The translations under genes and the position numbers were made by a program. From Micavibrio sp. UBA6145 (GTDB taxonomy: Bacteria; Pseudomonadota; Alphaproteobacteria; Micavibrionales; UBA1664): a stretch of 64,000 nt of DNA. Where the stretch lies: positions 39,480 through 103,479 of the forward strand of contig DIUZ01000020.1 in assembly GCA_002423205.1 (NCBI GenBank). The letters run 5' to 3'. Under the pieces are notes generated by a model. That model did no database searches and was not told the DNA's origin. It saw only the letters and a program-made list of their open reading frames with translations. Of this stretch, positions 57,268 through 64,000 are shown in pieces. Position 1 is the stretch's first letter. Every line of letters starts with the position of its first letter.

Positions 57268-58596
57268 TTATACCGCGCCGCGACCGATGCCGTAATACGG
57301 CACGCCTTGCGTCTTTTTACGCTTGGGATCGTAGATGTTACGACCATCAAACAAGACGACCGTGCGCATGCGCGCCTTCATGTCATCGACATCAAGCGCC
57401 TGGAATTCCTTCCATTCGGTCACAACGATCAGGCCGTCTGCGCCGTTCAGTGTCTCCATGGCGCTGTCGCACAGCACCAGATCATCACGGTCGCCGTAGA
57501 TGCGTTTGCATTCATGCATCGCCTTGGGATCATAGGCGCGTACGCTTGCGCCGCGTTTCCACAATTCTTCCATGATCGCGCGGGCGGGTGCATCGCGCAT
57601 GTCGTCGGTCTGCGGTTTGAACGCCAATCCCCAGATTGCAAAGATTTTACCCTTCACATCGCCCTTGAAATGCTCATCGATCTTGCTGACAAGCACCAGT
57701 TTCTGGCGGTCATTCACGTCTTCCACGGCTTCAACCAGTTTTGCCGGCACTTTCTTGCGGCGCGCCATGGCGGCAAGCGCCTTTACGTCTTTCGGGAAGC
57801 ACGAACCGCCATAGCCGGCGCCCGGATAGATGAAGTGGTAACCGATACGCGCATCAGACCCGATCCCCATGCGCACCTGTTCAATATCCGCGCCGACGGC
57901 GTCAGCGATGTTGGACAGTTCGTTCATAAAACTGATCTTGGTCGCCAGCATGGCGTTGGCGGCATATTTGGTCAGTTCGCTTGAGCGCACATCCATTTCA
58001 ACCATGCGGTTAGAACGGCGGTTGAAGGGCGCATAAATTTCGCGGAGGATTTCCGCGGTTTCCTTGTTATTGACGCCGACGACGATGCGGTCGGGCTTTT
58101 CAAAATCCTCGATGGCGTTACCCTCTTTCAAAAACTCGGGGTTGGACGCCACGTCGAATGTGAATGCCTTGCCTTGCGCATGCAGCGACTGGGCCATGAT
58201 ATCACGCACCTGGTCGGCGCTGCCCACGGGTACGGTCGATTTGGTCACGACGACGCGCGGCTCGGTCATGAAAGTCGCGATGGTTTTGGCAACGGACAGA
58301 ACGGCGCTGATGTCAGCCGAGCCGTCTTCGTCGGCGGGTGTGCCGACGGCGATAAAGATGACTTTGCCGTGGTCGACGCCTTTTTGCGCGTCGGTGGTGA
58401 ATGACAGGCGGCCAGCCTTGGCATTTGTTTCGATTTTTTTGTCGAGGCCGGGTTCGTAAATCGGCACCTGCCCGTGCTGAAGCGCCTTGATCTTGTCCGC
58501 GTCGCGGTCAACGCACATGACGTTGTGACCGATATCGGCGAGACACGCCCCCGTTACCAGACCCACATAACCGGAACCAAAGATTGTCAAACGCAT
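57268..58596 (-). CDS. ugd: UDP-glucose 6-dehydrogenase
   Basis: 442 aa reading [20 protein letters not shown]...GGSCFPKD.... Confidence 0.92.
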   Translation of the reverse strand: MRLTIFGSGYVGLVTGACLADIGHNVMCVDRDADKIKALQHGQVPIYEPGLDKKIETNAKAGRLSFTTDAQKGVDHGKVIFIAVGTPADEDGSADISAVLSVAKTIATFMTEPRVVVTKSTVPVGSADQVRDIMAQSLHAQGKAFTFDVASNPEFLKEGNAIEDFEKPDRIVVGVNNKETAEILREIYAPFNRRSNRMVEMDVRSSELTKYAANAMLATKISFMNELSNIADAVGADIEQVRMGIGSDARIGYHFIYPGAGYGGSCFPKDVKALAAMARRKKVPAKLVEAVEDVNDRQKLVLVSKIDEHFKGDVKGKIFAIWGLAFKPQTDDMRDAPARAIMEELWKRGASVRAYDPKAMHECKRIYGDRDDLVLCDSAMETLNGADGLIVVTEWKEFQALDVDDMKARMRTVVLFDGRNIYDPKRKKTQGVPYYGIGRGAV

Positions 58597-58680
58597 CGTA
58601 AATATCCCTTGTTTCGTGGGTATCCTACACTGGCCAAGGGTCAGAAAACAAACGGCAATTTTGTGGTCAAATGCGCCTTA

Positions 58681-61527
58681 TCAGGCGGATTTGCGGGCCT
58701 TGGGTTTATTCAACAGCGGCTTTAAGTATTCGCCTGTATATGACCCTTTATGCGCGGCCACGTCTTCGGGGGTGCCGGCGACCAGCAATTGCCCGCCTTT
58801 GTTGCCGCCCTCAGGCCCCATGTCGATGATCCAGTCTGCCGTTTTGATGACGTCCAGATTATGTTCGATGACCAGCACGGTATTTCCCTGCTCCACCAGC
58901 GTGTGCAGAACATCAAGGAGCTTGCGCACGTCGTCGAAATGCAGGCCGGTGGTGGGTTCGTCCAGAATATATAACGTCTGGCCGGTGCCGCGTTTGGACA
59001 ATTCCTTGGACAGTTTTACGCGCTGCGCCTCACCGCCCGACAAAGTCGTGGCGGCCTGGCCGACCTGGATGTAACCGAGGCCGACTTCCTTCATCGTTTC
59101 CATCTTGTTGCGGATGGAGGGCACCGCCTTGAAGAATTCGGCGGCATCTTCGATCGTCATGTCGAGAACATCACTGATGGATTTATCGCGGTATTTTACT
59201 TCCAGTGTTTCGCGGTTATAGCGTTTGCCATGACATGCATCGCATGTGACATACACGTCGGGCAGGAAGTGCATTTCAATCTTGATAACACCGTCGCCCT
59301 GGCATGCTTCGCACCGCCCGCCTTTGACGTTGAAGCTGAAACGACCCGCATCGTAACCGCGCGCCTTGGATTCCGGCATGCCCGCAAACCAGTCGCGGAT
59401 CGGTGTAAACGCGCCCGTATACGTGGCGGGGTTGGAACGCGGCGTGCGGCCGATGGGGGACTGGTCGATGTCGATGATGTTGTCGACAAAACTTAGTCCA
59501 CGGATTTCCTTGTACGGCGACGGCATGTCGCCGGCCTGATCCCATTCACGGACGATGCCGTTGAACAGCGTATCGATCACAAGCGTCGATTTACCTGAAC
59601 CGGATACGCCGGTGACGCAGGTGAACGTACCGAGCGGAATATCGATGGAAACATTTTTGAGGTTGTTCCCGGTGGCACCCTTCACGCTCAGGAATTGCTT
59701 GGGCTTGCCCTTGCGGCGCGTGGTCGGGACCGGAATGGATTTACGCCCCATCATGTAATCGGCGGTCAGGGATTTTTTGTTATCAAACACCTGCTGCGGC
59801 GTGCCGGCGGCGACGACATGCCCACCATGAACGCCGGCACCCGGGCCCATATCGATCAGGTAATCGGCTGCCCGAATGGCGTCTTCGTCGTGTTCGACAA
59901 CCAGCACGGTGTTACCGAGGTCGCGCAGACGGCGCAGCGTGGTCAGCAGGCGGTCATTGTCACGCTGGTGCAGACCGATGGACGGTTCATCCAGTACGTA
60001 GAGAACACCGGTCAGGCCAGAACCAATCTGGCTGGCCAGACGGATACGTTGCGATTCACCGCCGGATAACGTGCCGGATGCACGCATCAGGGTCAGGTAA
60101 TCAAGGCCGACATTCATCAGGAAGGTCAGGCGCTCGTTGATTTCTTTCAGCACGCGCGCGGCGATCTCGCGGTGCTTGGCGCTGAGCTTTTTGTCGAGTT
60201 TGCCGAACCATGTGCAGGCATCTTCAATCGACATTTCTGCCGCCTGCGAAATGTGGAAGTTATTGATTTTGACGGCCAGCGCCTCCGGCTTCAGACGCGC
60301 GCCCTTACAATGCGGGCATGGCACGGACATCTGGAAACGGCCCAGTTCTTCGCGGACCTGATCGGAATCGGTTTCCAGCAGTCGGCGTTGCAGATTGGGA
60401 ATGACGCCTTCGAATGGTTTGGTGGTTTTGTAAGTGCGTGCACCGTCTTCGTAGACAAACGTCACGTCTTCGTCGCCGCTGCCGAACAGGATGATGTTCT
60501 TTGCCTGGTCTTTCAGGTCTTTCCATGCGGCGTTCATGGGGAATTTGTATTTCTTGGCCAAAGCCTCAATCGTCTGCATGTAATAGCGGGACTGGGTTTT
60601 GGACCATGGAGCGATCGCGCCCTTGGCCAGCGTGAATTCGGGGTGCGGGACGACCAGTTCCGGGGTGAAGGTCATCTGTTCGCCAAGGCCATCGCATGCC
60701 GGGCATGCGCCGTGGGGTGAGTTAAATGAAAACAGGCGCGGTTCAATCTCGGCAATCGTGAAGCCGGAGACGGGACATGCGAATTTTTCGCTGAACAGCG
60801 TTTCCTTGCCAGTGGTTGCATCTTCGACAATCACAAGACCTTCGGCCAGGCGCACGGCGGTTTCAAGTGAGTCCGCAAGACGGTTGCCCATGTCCGGTTT
60901 CAAAACCAGACGGTCGACCACGATGGAAATGTCGTGTTTATATTTTTTGTCGAGGTTTGGGATCGTATCAAGTTCGATGATCTTGCCGTCGATCTTGGCA
61001 CGCTGGAAACCCTTGGCGCGCAGTTCCTGCAATTCCTTTTTATATTCGCCTTTACGGCCGCGCACGATGGGGGCCATGACGTAGAGCTTGGTCCCCTCGT
61101 CCATTTTCATGATGGCGTCGACCATCATGGATACGGTCTGGCTTTCAATGGGCAGGCCGGTGGCCGGTGAATAGGGCACGCCAATACGCGCCCAGAGCAG
61201 ACGCATGTAATCGTAAATCTCGGTCACCGTGCCGACGGTGGAACGCGGGTTGCGGGACGTGGTTTTTTGTTCGATGGAAATGGCTGGCGAAAGACCGTCG
61301 ATGGAATCGACATCCGGCTTTTGCATCATCTCGAGGAACTGGCGCGCATAGGCCGACAGGCTTTCAACGTAGCGACGCTGGCCTTCGGCATAGATGGTGT
61401 CAAAGGCAAGGGACGATTTGCCCGAGCCCGAGAGCCCGGTGATAACCACCAGCGAATCGCGCGGCATGTCGACGGTGATGTTCTTGAGGTTGTGCTCGCG
61501 CGCCCCTCTGACGGTGATGGATTTCAT
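58681..61527 (-). CDS. uvrA: Excinuclease ABC subunit A
   Basis: 948 aa reading [17 protein letters not shown]...[14 protein letters not shown]..., with two ABC modules and zinc-finger Cys clusters. Confidence 0.98.
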   Translation of the reverse strand: MKSITVRGAREHNLKNITVDMPRDSLVVITGLSGSGKSSLAFDTIYAEGQRRYVESLSAYARQFLEMMQKPDVDSIDGLSPAISIEQKTTSRNPRSTVGTVTEIYDYMRLLWARIGVPYSPATGLPIESQTVSMMVDAIMKMDEGTKLYVMAPIVRGRKGEYKKELQELRAKGFQRAKIDGKIIELDTIPNLDKKYKHDISIVVDRLVLKPDMGNRLADSLETAVRLAEGLVIVEDATTGKETLFSEKFACPVSGFTIAEIEPRLFSFNSPHGACPACDGLGEQMTFTPELVVPHPEFTLAKGAIAPWSKTQSRYYMQTIEALAKKYKFPMNAAWKDLKDQAKNIILFGSGDEDVTFVYEDGARTYKTTKPFEGVIPNLQRRLLETDSDQVREELGRFQMSVPCPHCKGARLKPEALAVKINNFHISQAAEMSIEDACTWFGKLDKKLSAKHREIAARVLKEINERLTFLMNVGLDYLTLMRASGTLSGGESQRIRLASQIGSGLTGVLYVLDEPSIGLHQRDNDRLLTTLRRLRDLGNTVLVVEHDEDAIRAADYLIDMGPGAGVHGGHVVAAGTPQQVFDNKKSLTADYMMGRKSIPVPTTRRKGKPKQFLSVKGATGNNLKNVSIDIPLGTFTCVTGVSGSGKSTLVIDTLFNGIVREWDQAGDMPSPYKEIRGLSFVDNIIDIDQSPIGRTPRSNPATYTGAFTPIRDWFAGMPESKARGYDAGRFSFNVKGGRCEACQGDGVIKIEMHFLPDVYVTCDACHGKRYNRETLEVKYRDKSISDVLDMTIEDAAEFFKAVPSIRNKMETMKEVGLGYIQVGQAATTLSGGEAQRVKLSKELSKRGTGQTLYILDEPTTGLHFDDVRKLLDVLHTLVEQGNTVLVIEHNLDVIKTADWIIDMGPEGGNKGGQLLVAGTPEDVAAHKGSYTGEYLKPLLNKPKARKSA

Positions 61528-61583
61528 AGTGATTTTATATGGTGCGGAGCGGGTAAAAATCCAGCTTTTTCAGGAAAGTGAAA

Positions 61584-61611
61584 GCCCCGGTCCATTTTCA
61601 GGCACCGGGGC
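61584..61611 (-). terminator. GC-rich hairpin between the DUF2059-like gene and uvrA (probable terminator)
   Basis: GCCCCGGT-(12-nt loop)-ACCGGGGC, flanked by AAA and TTT. Confidence 0.5.
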
Positions 61612-61634
61612 TTTGGTTGGGTCAAAGTCAGGGC

Positions 61635-62135
61635 TTATTGGCCCAGATCGACACTGATATTGTTTTCTTTCAGTTTCATGACGAAACCCTGCAACGCCTC
61701 AAACATGGCGGGTTGCATGCTGGCTTCGTAAGTCGGCAGTTTCTTGCGGATGGACTTGCCTTCGGCCGAACCGAAAAATTTGGTCATGGCCTTGATTTCA
61801 TCATCCGTGAACTGGTTTGCGACCTGCGTCACCGCCGCGTTTTTCAGCTTGGCATAGTCAATAGTGCTGTCGGCCAGTGAACGGAACAGGACGCGCTGGT
61901 CCTGTTTAACGCGCTGGGCCATCTGCTCCACAGCCGCTTTGACGTCGTCTTCAATGGGAACGATGTCGATGTAAGCCTTGGCCAGGGCGATGTGGTCAGG
62001 CGCGGTTGCGTTGGCCACGACCGGAATGGCCGGGGCGGTTGCCACAGGATCTGCGGTCGGGGCGGCGATGGCCGCGCCGGTGATACCGCAAAACAATGCC
62101 GCGATCAGAAGCTTAGAACGGAATGTCGTCTTCAA
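61635..62135 (-). CDS. Secreted DUF2059-like protein
   Basis: The ORF track extends to 62249, inside ssb. I place the start at the TTG at 62135, preceded by AAGGAA, which gives (M)[25 protein letters not shown] (signal peptide). The segment [26 protein letters not shown] resembles DUF2059. Confidence 0.5.
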   Translation of the reverse strand: MKTTFRSKLLIAALFCGITGAAIAAPTADPVATAPAIPVVANATAPDHIALAKAYIDIVPIEDDVKAAVEQMAQRVKQDQRVLFRSLADSTIDYAKLKNAAVTQVANQFTDDEIKAMTKFFGSAEGKSIRKKLPTYEASMQPAMFEALQGFVMKLKENNISVDLGQ

Positions 62136-62604
62136 AGTCGTTTCCTTTGTTGGATGATTGCCAGTTACCGCCGCCCTGCGCGCCACCGGCGGCCTGTTGT
62201 TGCGGACGCTGGTCGTAATTACCGCCATTGTCGTTGCTTTGACCGGCACCGCCTTTGGTGTCGAGCATGGTCAGTTCGCCGCGGAACTGGCGCAGGACGA
62301 CTTCGGTCGAGTATTTTTCTGCACCGGACTGGTCGGTCCATTTGCGGGTTTCAAGCTGGCCTTCGACGAATACTTTGGCACCTTTTTTAAGGTAGTTTTC
62401 GCAGACATTGATGATGTTCTCATTGAACACGACGACGCGGTGCCATTCGGTTTTTTCTTTGCGCTCGCCCGATGTCTTGTCTTTCCAGGTTTCGGATGTC
62501 GCGACGGAGAGGTTGCACACTTTCGATCCGTTTTGCATCGTCTTGATTTCCGGGTCGCGACCCAGATTACCGATGAGCATTACCTTGTTTACGCTGCCTG
62601 CCAT
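62113..62604 (-). CDS. ssb: Single-stranded DNA-binding protein
   Basis: The ATG at 62604 gives MAGSVNKVMLIGNLGRDPEIK, an OB fold. It has a Gly/Gln-rich tail ending in DDIPF. The longer ORF in the track runs into the tRNA gene. Confidence 0.93.
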   Translation of the reverse strand: MAGSVNKVMLIGNLGRDPEIKTMQNGSKVCNLSVATSETWKDKTSGERKEKTEWHRVVVFNENIINVCENYLKKGAKVFVEGQLETRKWTDQSGAEKYSTEVVLRQFRGELTMLDTKGGAGQSNDNGGNYDQRPQQQAAGGAQGGGNWQSSNKGNDFEDDIPF

Positions 62605-62638
62605 GTGAACTCTCTTTCCGTGCCATATAAAAATAAAT

Positions 62639-62722
62639 TGGTGCCCCAGGAGGGACTTGAACCCCCACACCTTTCGATACCTGATTTTGAGTCAGGCGCG
62701 TCTACCATTTCACCACTGGGGC
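62639..62722 (-). tRNA. tRNA-Leu (anticodon CAA), CCA encoded
   Basis: The minus strand reads GCCCCAG-TG-GTG-AAATGGTAGA-CGC-G-CCTGA-CTCAAAA-TCAGG-TATCGAAAGGTGTG-GGGGG-TTCAAGT-CCCTC-CTGGGGC-ACCA. That gives a 7-bp acceptor stem, a long variable arm and a GTTCAAGT T-loop. Confidence 0.9.
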
Positions 62723-62898
62723 CTTGATCGGGGCAGAATAGAACATTCTTTGGTTTGCGCAACATTCCTAAAATGGGTTTCCCCCGTCTTTCCTTCAGTA
62801 AACCAGATTATTTCGGCATTCTTTGGGCGCTTTCAAAATTGACAGAATAGCAGCACAGGTTTAATGGCTATTATTCATAACTTGCCGATGGATTGCTT

Positions 62899-64000
62899 AT
62901 GGACCAGAACACACCCCTTCCCCTTGTTGCGCCGGACATGGGTCTTTTTGAAGACGGGATCAAAAGCTTTCAGGGCATCAAGCCGCCCTATGCGCGCGGC
63001 GGGGGTACATCGGCCACGCAAATTCTGGAACGCGCCTGCCAGGCGCATCTGGGCAATCATCGCAACACAGACCCTTTAAGCGTCGCCATAGTTTCAAGCG
63101 GTCAGGCCGCCAACCATGTGGTCTTCAAAGCCATTCATGGCGGTGACCTTGTTTCTTCGTCGCATTTGTTCGGCACGACCAAAGTCGATCTGAAAAAAAC
63201 ATTCGAGCGCACGGGCGGTAAAATCGCCTGGGTGGACCCCGGCGATACACAGGCTTTCATCGACAACACGACCCTGGCAACCACGACATGGTTTCTGGAA
63301 GCCATTTCAAACCCGGCAGGCCGCGTCCCGGACTTTGAATCGCTGAGCCATGCCGCGCGGGAGCGTGGCATCATGCTGGCCGTTGACGCCACGCTTGCGG
63401 CGGGCATGCCGTATTTCGACGGCCTGAAATACGCTGATGTCCTGACGATATCGCTGACCAAACAGGCTGGCGGCGGTCAGAACCTTCATACAGGCGGTGC
63501 CATTCTTGTCGGCAACAATTTTGCATGGGAAGACAAGGCCGCGCGTTTTCCTGAATTCAAAGAGTATTTTTCAGATGCGGCCGGCACCGTCGTCCTTCCG
63601 TCCAGCCCGTTTGGCGCATTGGCATCGAAGATCAGCCTGCATGAAGGCAGCGGTGTGATTGCACCGCAATCCGCCCTGTCTATCGCCCGCAGCCTGCCCG
63701 GCATGGGCGACCGTGTGGCTAACATGTGTGAAAATGCGCGCATGCTGGCCGAGATTCTGGACGGGCATGAAAAGGTGAACAGCGTTCAACTGGCCGGTTA
63801 CAAGACGAACGACGTCAACGATGCGTGCACCCAGAAATACCTGGGCAAAAATCATTTTGTCATTCTGGTTGACCTGAAAGATGGTTTTGCGGCAGCGGCC
63901 AGCTTTATCAATGCGCAACAATTCGCGCATGCGGTCGCCCTGGGACAGCAGAACACGGCGATTTCCCACCCGGCATCAAGCACGCACCGCCAGTATTCCA
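62899..64000 (+). CDS. Cys/Met-metabolism PLP-dependent enzyme (O-acetylhomoserine sulfhydrylase / cystathionine synthase family), 5' part; runs off the right edge
   Basis: Absent from the ORF track because it is open at the edge. The frame from the ATG at 62899 is open for 367 codons: MDQNTPLPLVAPDMGLFEDGIKSF...AVDATLAAG...DVLTISLTKQAGGG (PLP-Lys region)...ALGQQNTAISHPASSTHRQY. The track ORF 62864..63079 is in another frame. Confidence 0.75.
   Translation, partial: MDQNTPLPLVAPDMGLFEDGIKSFQGIKPPYARGGGTSATQILERACQAHLGNHRNTDPLSVAIVSSGQAANHVVFKAIHGGDLVSSSHLFGTTKVDLKKTFERTGGKIAWVDPGDTQAFIDNTTLATTTWFLEAISNPAGRVPDFESLSHAARERGIMLAVDATLAAGMPYFDGLKYADVLTISLTKQAGGGQNLHTGGAILVGNNFAWEDKAARFPEFKEYFSDAAGTVVLPSSPFGALASKISLHEGSGVIAPQSALSIARSLPGMGDRVANMCENARMLAEILDGHEKVNSVQLAGYKTNDVNDACTQKYLGKNHFVILVDLKDGFAAAASFINAQQFAHAVALGQQNTAISHPASSTHRQYS

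Noticed and set aside
62639-62898. tRNA-Leu as an island integration site, and repeated CAGAATAG / CATTCTTTGG motifs (62734..62753 and 62817..62850) as att-like repeats
   Set aside because: I found no integrase and no duplicated copy of the tRNA 3' end. The short repeats (8-10 nt, two copies each) overlap plausible promoter elements for the tRNA (TTGCGC-N16-TATTCT on the minus strand) and for the PLP gene (TTGACA-N17-TAATGG). They are too short to exclude chance.
62724-62898. Possible SAM-type riboswitch upstream of the Cys/Met PLP enzyme
   Set aside because: I could not find the conserved SAM-II/SAM-V core elements or a convincing pseudoknot by eye. This needs a covariance-model scan (Infernal/Rfam) before any claim.
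62864-63079. 71-aa ORF from the track at the start of the last gene
   Set aside because: It is out of frame with a 367-codon open frame (from 62899) that has clear PLP-enzyme motifs. It is a frame-shadow.

Overview
This is a 64-kb chromosomal segment from an alphaproteobacterium. The evidence for that is an ispDF fusion, ntrY-ntrX-hfq-hflX-mazG, PdhB carrying an N-terminal lipoyl domain, a GAAC-N7-GAAC LexA box, clustered GANTC sites, and the conserved kdsA-eno-ftsB-pdhA-pdhB-pdhC-lpd-lipA block. GC looks mid-50s % by eye. A Rhodospirillales or Micavibrio-like organism is only a guess. I can support about 55 protein genes and one tRNA-Leu(CAA). I saw no rRNA, CRISPR array, transposase, phage genes or integron. 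Two genes run off the window edges and are missing from the ORF track: gltX at the left and a Cys/Met-type PLP enzyme at the right. Most content is housekeeping: gltX, comEC, lexA, trpEGDC, ppiD, tpiA-secG-pyrG, PCu(A)C, mazG, hflX-hfq, ntrYX, ispDF-pgpA-cinA, lipA, the PDH operon, ftsB, eno-kdsA, xerC-DUF484, a second lpdA, ugd, uvrA and ssb. Six things deserve a second look. (1) At 50.7-55.7 kb there is a nucleotide-processing cluster built around a 978-aa LOG / Ham1(ITPase)-like / LOG fusion protein. It also holds an Fcy1-type cytosine deaminase, a two-domain dCMP-deaminase-like protein, and an I78-like lipoprotein translationally coupled to the latter. This is my best candidate for an undescribed system, either nucleotide demolition/salvage or nucleotide-depletion defence. 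(2) At 12.9-21.9 kb there is a two-partner secretion locus. Its 2324-aa exoprotein is built from 15 anchored super-repeats of about 104 aa (G-F-R-D) and has an unrecognisable C-terminus. (3) Six GANTC (CcrM) sites sit within 92 bp between ftsB and a permease gene. (4) The conserved kdsA...mazG block appears inverted relative to pyrG, with accessory genes at both junctions. (5) Several orphan genes interrupt otherwise conserved operons. (6) The lipoyl-domain modules of pdhB and pdhC are near-identical. All functional calls come from reading the translations by eye. No database search was run.
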